From positions 1-42,044 of IMG/VR virus record IMGVR_UViG_3300030376_001356: 42,044 nucleotides of DNA, one strand, 5' to 3'. Positions 26,416-35,357 of this stretch are shown here, piece by piece. A model generated the notes under the pieces. The model was not told the DNA's origin. It searched no databases and worked only from the letters and a program-made list of their open reading frames with translations. How positions within the stretch are numbered: the first letter of the stretch is position 1; every line of letters begins with the position of its first letter. The DNA is from a virus. Lineage: Duplodnaviria > Caudoviricetes. The position numbers were made by a program, and so were the translations under genes.

Positions 26416-28457
26416 TAGCTTCTAGTACCTCCAATATAAACTGAACCATAAATATAAGAATAGGAGCTACTACTAAAATTTGTACTTCTTCTGACAGCAG
26501 GTACGATTATATCTCCCTTACTACAACTTATACTTAATGTAGAACTCCCTCTTCTACTCATTTGACCTGCTGTATATGCAGTATTAACTATTAAGGTTGA
26601 ACCCATTGATACAGAGTTAGCACTGTTCCAACTAGGAGTACCTTTTAATAAATACATTTGTATTGTATTAGTAGTATCTATTTCACCTATTAAATAACAA
26701 GTGGTTATTGTGCAGTCAAAAGGAATATATATCATATGATGATTCCCAGCCGCCCAACTTGTTGTTAAACTTGAACTGCTAAATGTTGTATTCCAGTTAT
26801 GGTAAGTTAGTCCATATGCTGTGTTTGGATAATAAAAGTAATTATATCTTGTATATATTCTCGCAGATTGTTCAACTAGCTTAAATTTTTTGTCTTGAGT
26901 TCTCCAAGTCATTGAGCCATCGCCATCTGAACTTAAAAATTGACCTGATGTTCCATTACCTGATACCATTAATTCAGATGCTCCAACAGCACTACTACCT
27001 ATTGCAGTTGAATCAACAACATCTGACGCAAACTTAGACGGATGGTCTATTGCTCCAGAATCTAACTCATTACCTGTTACAGCTTTTGTATCTATCTTAG
27101 CTGTAGTAACTGCATCATCTGCTATCTTTGCAGTAGCAACTCCTGAATCTGCTATAAAGAAGTATCCACCACCAAGACCCATACCGGTTCCTGCTGAATA
27201 AGTTGTATTTGTAGGAGTTCCCCAAGCACCATCTTTTCTAAGGTATGTAGTTCCTGAACCACCACCAAGATTTGATAATGCCGCTCCAGAACCTAATGAA
27301 CCTGCTGGAACCCCAGTTAATGCTGAACCATCTCCACTAAATGCGTTAGCTGTTACTGTACCTGCTACATTTAAATTATCATCAGATATAGAAGTAGTAC
27401 CAATTCCCATACCACCATCTTTAATATAAACGTGCTTATTGGTACCATCGCTACCAAATGTGAAACCAGCTACTGATTTACTATTAGAATACATACCCAT
27501 CTTACCATCAGTATCAAAAGATAAAGCTCTTTCGTCTGCTGTACCACTACTCCATAATGGTCCGTGATGTATGGCATATTGTGTGTTTATGCCACTATTG
27601 TTAGAGTTACCTATGGTAAATTCTGAACCAGAACTACCTGTTCTAAATTGTATTCTAGCTTGATTACCTGTACCACCTCTTTTTAAATGAAGTGTTGATG
27701 TACCAAGTGGACTAGCTCCACCAAGGTCAAATGTAGGATTAGCACCCTGTACTTCTACTTCAGCAGTACCACTACTATCACCTACTAATACTATCTTTGA
27801 GTCACCGTTACTATCTTGATTAATAGTAAAGTTACCTTTACAATTAACAGTACCATCTGCTAACGCTTGAAACTCATCATTTTTAATTTTTAAATTACCG
27901 GAAGTATCTACAGCAAAGGGATATACACCACCATCTGCTGTACCAATGCTTAATGAACCACCTACCATAGTAATAGATGCAGTACCATCAACAGCGTTTT
28001 TAGCCGCTTCTGCTTTAGATTTTACATCACTAGCTGTACTACCTGCAATCTTACCTGTAAAGTCTCCCGTACTAGGGTCGAATACTGATGTTCCGTCTGC
28101 CTTAGTAATTTCACCAAGGAACTTACCACCGCTAAACTTTGAATTATCAAGGTTACCTAAACCAACATCAGACTTAGTAGGTTTATTATCAGTTCGGTAA
28201 AAGTCACCTATAACCTTATCACCAAATTTCCCTGTAAAGTTTCCAGTAGATGGGTCAAATACCGATGTACCATCAGCCTTGGTTATCTCACCTAGGAATT
28301 TACCTCCAGAGAACTTAGTATTATCTAAGTTACCTAAGCCTACATCATCTTTGTCTGGCTTATTAGATGTATGATATACATTAGACTTTTGGACACCATC
28401 CCAAGTACCTTGGAAATCTCCATCAGCCCTTTGTACTTTTTTCCATTCTTTAGCCAA
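26415..28457 (-). CDS. Tail fibre protein
   Basis: [15 protein letters not shown] fibre repeats, [13 protein letters not shown] repeats, [20 protein letters not shown], beta-rich C-terminal head. Confidence 0.85.
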   Translation of the reverse strand: MAKEWKKVQRADGDFQGTWDGVQKSNVYHTSNKPDKDDVGLGNLDNTKFSGGKFLGEITKADGTSVFDPSTGNFTGKFGDKVIGDFYRTDNKPTKSDVGLGNLDNSKFSGGKFLGEITKADGTSVFDPSTGDFTGKIAGSTASDVKSKAEAAKNAVDGTASITMVGGSLSIGTADGGVYPFAVDTSGNLKIKNDEFQALADGTVNCKGNFTINQDSNGDSKIVLVGDSSGTAEVEVQGANPTFDLGGASPLGTSTLHLKRGGTGNQARIQFRTGSSGSEFTIGNSNNSGINTQYAIHHGPLWSSGTADERALSFDTDGKMGMYSNSKSVAGFTFGSDGTNKHVYIKDGGMGIGTTSISDDNLNVAGTVTANAFSGDGSALTGVPAGSLGSGAALSNLGGGSGTTYLRKDGAWGTPTNTTYSAGTGMGLGGGYFFIADSGVATAKIADDAVTTAKIDTKAVTGNELDSGAIDHPSKFASDVVDSTAIGSSAVGASELMVSGNGTSGQFLSSDGDGSMTWRTQDKKFKLVEQSARIYTRYNYFYYPNTAYGLTYHNWNTTFSSSSLTTSWAAGNHHMIYIPFDCTITTCYLIGEIDTTNTIQMYLLKGTPSWNSANSVSMGSTLIVNTAYTAGQMSRRGSSTLSISCSKGDIIVPAVRRSTNFSSSSYSYIYGSVYIGGTRS
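28050..28376 (-). repeat. Internal tandem duplication, 177-nt (59-aa) period, in tail fibre
   Basis: Two near-identical copies of [40 protein letters not shown]. Confidence 0.9.
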
Positions 28458-28653
28458 CTGACTCTGCCTCTTCTACTTGTTCGTAATCAGGGTCTGCTTC
28501 TGCCGCATCATCAAATGCTTTTTTAAATTTTGCGTGCATATCAAATACCCATTTACCTTCTGCAACTTTTACCTCTACTCCAGAAAGAAGGGTAACAACT
28601 GCTTCTAATTCTTGTGTAGTACACTTAACTATCTTTAACTTCTTTTTTGTCAT
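28450..28653 (-). CDS. Hypothetical protein (possible tail fibre chaperone)
   Basis: 67 aa; AAGGAG SD; lies between fibre genes. Confidence 0.7.
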   Translation of the reverse strand: MTKKKLKIVKCTTQELEAVVTLLSGVEVKVAEGKWVFDMHAKFKKAFDDAAEADPDYEQVEEAESVG

Positions 28654-28879
28654 TTTGCTCTCCTTGATATTCTAAGCTTTGTTTAATGAACTTTATTTTT
28701 AAATAAGTGGTTGTAGCTTGTTCTAGCTCCCTACCCCTGTAGTTACCATTTATCATCAAATTATTTAAGTAATTTATGTCGGTTAAATCTAACTTAGATA
28801 ACCTTTGTTGTAAATCAATTACTTCTTCTTCGACTTCCTTAGGTTTTAGTTTGCCCTTTGCCTTCTCCCAAAAAGTCAT
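28625..28879 (-). CDS. Hypothetical protein
   Basis: 84 aa; ATGA coupling with upstream gene. Confidence 0.7.
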   Translation of the reverse strand: MTFWEKAKGKLKPKEVEEEVIDLQQRLSKLDLTDINYLNNLMINGNYRGRELEQATTTYLKIKFIKQSLEYQGEQNDKKEVKDS

Positions 28880-29433
28880 TCCTTATCCCTATCTTCTCGA
28901 ACTTGCTTTAAAGTCCTTCCATCTTCACAAACATAATCATCAAGATTATAAGGCATCTTCATACCTTTTTTCTTTTGATAATCTCTTAAAGCTTTATAGC
29001 CTTTATGGTCTGGTGGGTCAGTAAGTCGAGCTGTGGGATATACTTTTTTACCATCCTTATCCTTTGACGGAAATAGAGCTGGATTAACATTAGCATTCAT
29101 TGTTTTTGTTAATTCAGCGTAAAATTCTTTCTCTTCCCAAATCTCACAATCAATCATTTGCTCTTGGTCAAGACCCATATCCTTCTGCATTAACCATACT
29201 CTTCTACCACCCCATAGTACTTTACCATCTAATGTAGCTGTTATATAGTCAAACTCTTCAGGCTTATACCCTTTTTCCTGCAATGAACCTTTTAAAGGCT
29301 CATATTCATAAGGTGGTAAACCTTTATACTCCTTACCAGAGTCGCCAGTCTCCTTTTCAGCAAACTGACCACTATCTGGTAAAGAACATTTTAGGTCTTT
29401 TAATGCAAAAGCTTTTATTGCTTTATCTGCCAT
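28876..29433 (-). CDS. ParB/Sulfiredoxin-like domain protein (tentative)
   Basis: LKGSLQEKGY...YITATLDGKVLWGGRRVWLM resembles the ParB-N GxxR motif; AGGAG SD. Confidence 0.5.
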   Translation of the reverse strand: MADKAIKAFALKDLKCSLPDSGQFAEKETGDSGKEYKGLPPYEYEPLKGSLQEKGYKPEEFDYITATLDGKVLWGGRRVWLMQKDMGLDQEQMIDCEIWEEKEFYAELTKTMNANVNPALFPSKDKDGKKVYPTARLTDPPDHKGYKALRDYQKKKGMKMPYNLDDYVCEDGRTLKQVREDRDKE

Positions 29434-29442
29434 TATTTACTC

Positions 29443-30687
29443 CTAACTTGCGTCAATGATTACGTACTGCTCACCATTGTAGACACCGACTTGACCTTCA
29501 CTTAAGTTTGAAGGTGTATTTGCGGCACTTGAATAAGTACTGTCTCCATCAACATCTTCTGCTGTTAGCGTTAGAGGTGCTGGACCTTTAGTTGCTAAGC
29601 TGTTAGTCATTGTTGTAGAGAAACTAGCATTATCGCCAAGAGCGGCGGCTAATTCATTCAATGTTGTTAGTCCGGGAGGTGCACCATCTAGGATGTTAGA
29701 CTCTGCTGTTGTTACAGCGGCGGCTTCAACCTGTGCTTGTGTTTTACCACCAACTTTATCAGCATTAATAGTTTGGTCAACATCATCTAACTGAATCTTA
29801 TCACCTACTACTGCTACTTTTTGGTTTACAACTTTATCTAAACCTACGTTAGCGGCAGTTGTACCTGCTCTAATAGCCGATGTACTATCTTGGTTAGAGG
29901 TTGCCCCTAGACCTGCTCCACTTACAACAGTAGATGCACTTGTACTACCAATGGTAGCACTACTAGAAACTGTACCTGTTAAAGTTCCACCTAATATTGT
30001 GCTAGTGCTATCTTGGTTAGCTGTTGCTCCAGCCGCCGCACCACTCTTAACAGAACTCATTGCAGTTCCGTCAAGTGTAGCACTAGTTGATATCGCACCA
30101 GTTAGTGTGCCTCCTAAGATAGTTGATGTACTATCCTGATTCGCAGTAGCTCCGGCGGCGGCTCCTGACTTAATGTCATCTGCACTTGTACCACCGATAG
30201 TACCTGTAAAAGCACCACCTAGAATTGTTGATGTTGAGTCCTGATTCGCAGTTGCACCAGAAGCGGCACCACTTTTAACTGTGCTAAATGCAGTTCCACC
30301 TACTGTCGCACTGGTAGATACTGCACCAGTTAGAGTTCCCCCTAATATAGTAGCATCTGAGGTGTTATCTACATTTCCTAGTCCTACTGCATCTTTATCT
30401 ACACCTGCAACAGTACCTGTGAATGTCGGTGATGCAAACATATCTGCTTTAGATTCGTTTGTTACATTACCTAGTCCAACATCCGTTGCTGTTGTATTAC
30501 TATTTTTTAACCCATCTACTGCATTTGTTAATTTCAGTTTTTTATTACTGTCAAATGCGTCATCGGTTATTACTTTTGCCGCTGTTCCTGCGACTGCTCC
30601 TGATTTGACATCACCTGCTGAGGTACCATCTATAGTACCCGTGAAGTCTCCGTCTGCACGTTGGAGCTTTTTCCAGACTTTAGCCAT
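29443..30687 (-). CDS. Tail fibre protein with internal repeats
   Basis: DVGLGNVxN motifs; about four SGAAAGATANQDSTSTILGG repeats; DGAPPGLTTLNELAAALGDN fibre motif. Confidence 0.85.
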   Translation of the reverse strand: MAKVWKKLQRADGDFTGTIDGTSAGDVKSGAVAGTAAKVITDDAFDSNKKLKLTNAVDGLKNSNTTATDVGLGNVTNESKADMFASPTFTGTVAGVDKDAVGLGNVDNTSDATILGGTLTGAVSTSATVGGTAFSTVKSGAASGATANQDSTSTILGGAFTGTIGGTSADDIKSGAAAGATANQDSTSTILGGTLTGAISTSATLDGTAMSSVKSGAAAGATANQDSTSTILGGTLTGTVSSSATIGSTSASTVVSGAGLGATSNQDSTSAIRAGTTAANVGLDKVVNQKVAVVGDKIQLDDVDQTINADKVGGKTQAQVEAAAVTTAESNILDGAPPGLTTLNELAAALGDNASFSTTMTNSLATKGPAPLTLTAEDVDGDSTYSSAANTPSNLSEGQVGVYNGEQYVIIDAS

Positions 30688-30699
30688 TTCGTCTTTCTC

Positions 30700-31041
30700 C
30701 TATTCTTCTACGGACACCATTAGACTCGCCTCGCTACTATCATAATACATAGTACCTTCAGAGTTGTCTGTGGGTGCCGATGTTCTTGGTTTTAAATGCA
30801 CTGCTCCCTGATAATCTACAGAGAACACTTCTGTGCTGTTATTTAAGATTTGAAACAAGTCGCCCGAAGAGACTGTGCTACCTGTTTTATGTTTTAAAAT
30901 ATTCCCATCAATTAAATCTGGTAATACTTCTACATCTGCTGTACCATTATCTCGGTACATCTTTCCATCTGATGTATTATACCATACTAATTTTGTGTAT
31001 ACGTCCTTAACTAAATTAGGACTTGATAAACTTCCAGCCAT
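30700..31041 (-). CDS. Small tail/fibre-associated structural protein
   Basis: 113 aa; C-terminal APT..EGTMYYDS motif common in fibre proteins. Confidence 0.6.
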   Translation of the reverse strand: MAGSLSSPNLVKDVYTKLVWYNTSDGKMYRDNGTADVEVLPDLIDGNILKHKTGSTVSSGDLFQILNNSTEVFSVDYQGAVHLKPRTSAPTDNSEGTMYYDSSEASLMVSVEE

Positions 31042-31256
31042 TATCTTCCCACCCTTGTGTAAGTTGGAGTAACTGGTTGAGCAACTCTTATTGTTGGCGT
31101 AGCTACTGGCATTTTAACTCTCGTTAAAATTGGAGCGACTACTTTTACCACCCTTGTTGTCTTAGTTCCAAATAATACCGCTCCTAATACAATATTAGTG
31201 AACGGATGTGCTATAGTATCAAATGCCTTTGTGATTGAATTAAATGTTACTGACAT
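31041..31256 (-). CDS. Hypothetical structural protein
   Basis: 71 aa; TAATG coupling at both ends. Confidence 0.7.
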   Translation of the reverse strand: MSVTFNSITKAFDTIAHPFTNIVLGAVLFGTKTTRVVKVVAPILTRVKMPVATPTIRVAQPVTPTYTRVGR

Positions 31257-31729
31257 TAAAAATCACTCGGCGTTATACTAAACTTAGAACCATCCCTACC
31301 TTTATATGAGTAAGCTCTCCCTTTCTTAACTCCTACTTCGTATTTTTGATTAAAATAATTTGCCAATGGTATTGTTTCAACTTTTCTTTCATATCCATTA
31401 GCTATTACTCTGTTAATTAAAGCTTCGTGAAATTGTTCCGGTATTTCACATTCTTGTGACTTGTACTTAGTACTCTCCATTAATGGAGTTTCAGCATTAG
31501 AGAGGGTTACGTTTAAGTAAGTATCTTGGGCATTAAAACCATCTCTTTCAGGAGTCTCACCTGTTATTAAAAACTTATCGGGACGTTGTATATATAATAA
31601 GGAAACGACTTTAGCTGTATCTGTAAGATTAGTAAACTTACCAGCACCAGCGTCATAATAAGCAATAAGAAGTGAATCTCTTTCAACCCACCATACTGTT
31701 TGACTTATATTTACATTACTTCTTTCCAC
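31256..31729 (-). CDS. Head-tail adaptor/ring protein-like
   Basis: C-terminal EIPEQFHEALI motif typical of adaptor (gp4/gp11-like) proteins; TAGTG coupling. Confidence 0.6.
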   Translation of the reverse strand: MERSNVNISQTVWWVERDSLLIAYYDAGAGKFTNLTDTAKVVSLLYIQRPDKFLITGETPERDGFNAQDTYLNVTLSNAETPLMESTKYKSQECEIPEQFHEALINRVIANGYERKVETIPLANYFNQKYEVGVKKGRAYSYKGRDGSKFSITPSDF

Positions 31730-32019
31730 TATACAAGGTCTCTCTCTATAGGTCTATTTAATAATTTCTTAATAGCCTTGCCATCGTAATCTACGGCTTT
31801 TATTTTAATAATATGCTTTTTTAATGGATAAACTCTCTGTCCAGCTTTAAAACTTGAATCACCAGATGGATTAGCTATATTAAACTGGTCAACAGATTCT
31901 ATTATCTCTGTTCTTGAACCAAAATCATTTAAGGCATCGTTTAAACTCCTTATTATCTCAACTTCACCCATATCAGGATGATGTTGCCTTACTCTTTCTA
32001 TCATTTCTTTTAATTTCAT
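31729..32019 (-). CDS. Head-tail adaptor N-terminal-like protein
   Basis: MKLKEMIERVR...IIRSLNDALNDF...GQRVYPL, typical adaptor N-terminus. Confidence 0.6.
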   Translation of the reverse strand: MKLKEMIERVRQHHPDMGEVEIIRSLNDALNDFGSRTEIIESVDQFNIANPSGDSSFKAGQRVYPLKKHIIKIKAVDYDGKAIKKLLNRPIERDLV

Positions 32020-32963
32020 TATATCTTAGACTCCTGCTCTGGACTTCCTTGAGGACCCATTTTAATATTAACCTGTATGAACTCACCTTTCTTTTGTGTT
32101 ATAAGCTGTAATTGTTGTTGAGTCCATTGGTAATCAGTTGCTAACTTTTCTAAGTCAGCTTTAAATTTTGTTTGATATCTATCTGCTCTACCTAATTCAC
32201 TAGATATTGCTTGTATTGTAGCTCCAGACATATCTTCATCTTCATCAGATAACCAATATTGAACACTCATACTAGCACCAGCATTATCACCTTGTATATT
32301 AGCTCCATCATCAAATAACTTCTTAGCTTTAGCAAGAGCATCGCTCCATTCATTATCTAATCCAGCAGGTATGCTTGTTCTAAAATCTGCAAGTCTTTCT
32401 GTTAAAATAAGTTCTGAAGCGTGTAATACTACTAATTCTTTAAATATAGAAGGAAAATGTTCATCAGCAGTAAAAGTATGTTCTTTGTTAAAATTGCTAG
32501 AGTGTGATGGAATATCAGTAACGCTTATTTTTTCATTCGTATCATCTATAGTTCTACCTGAAGCATTTACAACTCCATACAAATAACCTTTACCACTAGT
32601 AGGTGCAGGTTTTATAGTTAAATAACCTTGACTATCTAGGTAATAACAAGGGTCATCATCTAGTGCATAATAAATACTTGCAGTATCTGTTAAATCAGAC
32701 GCCATTCTATCAGTTACAGGTCTACAAAATCTTGGTCCACTTTTTACATCAATAAGATATGTTAGTTTATAGATATCCTCCCATTTAATCTTTTCACCAT
32801 CTGAAGTGTTTAAATTAAACTCACAAGCAAAAAGTCTTAACATATCAGGGTTGGCATTATTTACCATACCTAATACATAATCAACACCCCTTTTCAGGGA
32901 GTCTGTTACATTTTCACCGGATACACTATTAGTGTAGTTTTGTATTTTTGTACTAAAGCTCAT
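32019..32963 (-). CDS. Head-tail connector/ring protein (putative)
   Basis: Immediately follows capsid gene; LTIKPAPT..FPSIFKELVVLHAS motif; C-terminal coiled coil. Confidence 0.55.
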   Translation of the reverse strand: MSFSTKIQNYTNSVSGENVTDSLKRGVDYVLGMVNNANPDMLRLFACEFNLNTSDGEKIKWEDIYKLTYLIDVKSGPRFCRPVTDRMASDLTDTASIYYALDDDPCYYLDSQGYLTIKPAPTSGKGYLYGVVNASGRTIDDTNEKISVTDIPSHSSNFNKEHTFTADEHFPSIFKELVVLHASELILTERLADFRTSIPAGLDNEWSDALAKAKKLFDDGANIQGDNAGASMSVQYWLSDEDEDMSGATIQAISSELGRADRYQTKFKADLEKLATDYQWTQQQLQLITQKKGEFIQVNIKMGPQGSPEQESKI

Positions 32964-32976
32964 ATATCTCTCTCAT

Positions 32977-33000
32977 ATAGGGGGTCCGAAGACCCCCCAT
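32977..33000 (-). terminator. Stable hairpin after major capsid gene (terminator or mRNA stabiliser)
   Basis: Minus strand GGGGGTC-TTCG-GACCCCC with cUUCGg tetraloop; no U tract. Confidence 0.7.
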
Positions 33001-33020
33001 AATATACTTAATCAATCAGA

Positions 33021-34346
33021 TTAAGACCACTTCAGAATACCGTGAGTTTCAGGTAGACTGATTTCTAAACCGGCTTCGGTTAGAATCATATCTTTCCTTC
33101 CATCTACGTTATTATTCTGAACATTAGTCATAATGTGAGTGTCTCTTGACACACCATTACCTGCTAATGGGCGATACTTAACATTAGCCAAGTCTACTGC
33201 CAAAGCAATATTTTCGTCTTGGTTTCTGAAAAGTGGTTCTGCAACAAAGTGGAGGTTACCAAAGATTGTATTAACCTTTGTAACTTCGTGCCCAAACTGA
33301 CCTTTGATGTTTTGTACATCTAGGTTGTATTGAGAAGTTCCAACAGTGTTCTTTAAGAACCCATCACCTGATAACTTCTGTAGCCAAGCCATTACTTTTC
33401 TAGAAGCAAGTACCAACTTGTCACCACTGTTACCAGTCTCAGGAGCGAAAAAAGACTCCATATGGTCGATAAAAGTGTCATAAGTTGAAGAAGAGTAAGA
33501 CATAGTCATTACTTTTCCATTAGCTTCTGTGTAAGGGACAAGTCCGTGAGTGTATCTCACAGGAGCATCACCAGCAGATTCAGCATTAGAAGCACCAACT
33601 CCAAAGAGCATAGCGTGCTCAATGTCCATTTTGTGTTCCATTAGCTTATCAGCCCATACTCTGCGATATTCATCAGGACGACCTCTGTAGCGAGTAGCCA
33701 AAGCTGTACCAGAGAAAAGCTGAATGCCAGTTTTAAAAATCTGACAATAACCTTCCCTAGAGTATAGCTCGTCTTTCCAGCCATCAGGGTCATTTGTTCC
33801 CTCACCCCAAGCACTACCAATTACTTGCCCTTTTGCTCCAACTTCAATATCGGTTTCAGCGATATCTTCTAAAGCAGTGACAGTAATGTCAGTTCTTGTA
33901 AGCTTGTTAGCGGCAGTATTACCACCATCAAATGCGGCTCCTATACCATCACCAATGTTCTCGATGGACTTAACTTTAACAGCTTTACCAGCTATTCTAA
34001 GAACTTGTCCAACAATTAAGAACTGAGGTGCGGCAGATGCCACACTGTTTCCATACTTATCGTAATCACATACGAGTTGGTATGTTGTATCTGCGGCTTT
34101 GTTCACAGCCGCTCCATCTGTCTTTACCACAAAGTTTCTGCGTTGCCACTGATGACGTTGTTCAAGAAATTTGAAAACGGGGTCGTCAGTAGACTCCTTC
34201 GCAACTTTAGATAGGTAAACAAAGAATGGAGATTGCTGTGGAGCAAGTTCAGATACTCTCTCACCAAAGTTATAAACTCGGCGGGAGTCGTTGATGCTTA
34301 CACCTTGAGGTGCTACACCAGTACTGTTACTAAAAGCATTAGCCAT
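33021..34346 (-). CDS. Major capsid protein (HK97 fold, SU10/DUF5309-like)
   Basis: 441 aa after scaffold; GYCQIFKT...KMDIEHAMLFG...RYTHGL...EAGLEI motifs; TAAGGAG SD; downstream hairpin. Confidence 0.88.
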   Translation of the reverse strand: MANAFSNSTGVAPQGVSINDSRRVYNFGERVSELAPQQSPFFVYLSKVAKESTDDPVFKFLEQRHQWQRRNFVVKTDGAAVNKAADTTYQLVCDYDKYGNSVASAAPQFLIVGQVLRIAGKAVKVKSIENIGDGIGAAFDGGNTAANKLTRTDITVTALEDIAETDIEVGAKGQVIGSAWGEGTNDPDGWKDELYSREGYCQIFKTGIQLFSGTALATRYRGRPDEYRRVWADKLMEHKMDIEHAMLFGVGASNAESAGDAPVRYTHGLVPYTEANGKVMTMSYSSSTYDTFIDHMESFFAPETGNSGDKLVLASRKVMAWLQKLSGDGFLKNTVGTSQYNLDVQNIKGQFGHEVTKVNTIFGNLHFVAEPLFRNQDENIALAVDLANVKYRPLAGNGVSRDTHIMTNVQNNNVDGRKDMILTEAGLEISLPETHGILKWS

Positions 34347-34373
34347 TTAGTATTCTCCTTATTAATGAAATCC

Positions 34374-35330
34374 TTAACCGAAAGGATTCTTTGTTTTGTA
34401 ATCATTAATCATAGAGTCCATTACTGAGTCGCTACCACTTTGTTGAGAAGTAGATTGAGAAGGAACAACTCCCATAGGAGTTGGAACCTGCTGTGCTCTC
34501 TTTCTCTGTTCAAAGCTTTCGTTAGTAGCAGTTTGAGTAACAGGAGCTTCGCCCCCACCACCATTCTGCATTCTATACAACTGAAATAGATTGTCAACAG
34601 TTATGTTCTTTGGGTCATCCATCACTTGTACAAATTGGTTAATCTCCTCTGGAGATGCTCCATATGTTTTACTAAGATGTTGTCCCATTTGTTGCATATT
34701 CTGCTGTACTTTTTCTTTTTCAGCCTGTTGTCTAAGGATATCTTCTCTCTCTTTAACCAAACGCTCTCTCTCTTCTTGTACTACTGCCTGTGTATATTGG
34801 GTGTGTAAACGATTATACTCATCCATATTATCACGCCAGTTATCTACTTCGTCAAGATAGGCGGCTGACTCTGATTGAGGGTCATCCATAGCATCCTGTC
34901 TACTAAACCCACGAGGCTTTTGAGGCTTCATAGGAGGTTCAGGAAACTGCTCTTGTTCTGGTTGCTCTATGCTTTCTGGCTGAGGTTGTGATACTGCTTG
35001 ATTCTCTAATGCTTCAAGGCGTTTTGCCATTTCTGCATTTTCATTTCTAGCTTTATCAGCCTCACTTTGCCAGTATTGGTAACGCTTGACATCGTTATCA
35101 ACATCAGTAGGTTCTGCCGTTGCCGCTTCTGAAGGTATCTCCACTGGGGAAGGCTCCTGTTGGGCTTCAGATGGTTCTTCGTCCATCTTATTTGCACGGA
35201 AAAATTCATCTACTAGATTCCCCTTATCTTGAGTTGCATCAAATGCACTCTCAGGTGTCATTGGGGTCTCTTGACTAACTTCAGGTGTAGCCTGTTCGGT
35301 ATCCGTTGCCGGAGCGAAAGTATCTTCCAT
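34374..35330 (-). CDS. Capsid scaffolding protein (putative)
   Basis: Acidic, Gln/Glu/Pro-rich, coiled coil (YWQSEADK); located between portal and capsid. Confidence 0.75.
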   Translation of the reverse strand: MEDTFAPATDTEQATPEVSQETPMTPESAFDATQDKGNLVDEFFRANKMDEEPSEAQQEPSPVEIPSEAATAEPTDVDNDVKRYQYWQSEADKARNENAEMAKRLEALENQAVSQPQPESIEQPEQEQFPEPPMKPQKPRGFSRQDAMDDPQSESAAYLDEVDNWRDNMDEYNRLHTQYTQAVVQEERERLVKEREDILRQQAEKEKVQQNMQQMGQHLSKTYGASPEEINQFVQVMDDPKNITVDNLFQLYRMQNGGGGEAPVTQTATNESFEQRKRAQQVPTPMGVVPSQSTSQQSGSDSVMDSMINDYKTKNPFG

Positions 35331-35357
35331 AGTTATGTCCTTTTCAATTTGTAGGCT

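Noticed and set aside
24471-26425. Antisense and alternate-frame ORFs over the collagen gene, including plus-strand Gly-Pro repeat ORFs (24644-25162, 25316-25510, 26102-26425)
   Set aside because: GGW-CCN codon repeats read as Gly-Pro on the reverse strand and lack stops; no SD; shadow ORFs
29870-30370. Repeats as a CRISPR array or diversity-generating retroelement template
   Set aside because: Repeats are degenerate, in-frame protein repeats; no spacers, no reverse transcriptase and no adenine-specific variation
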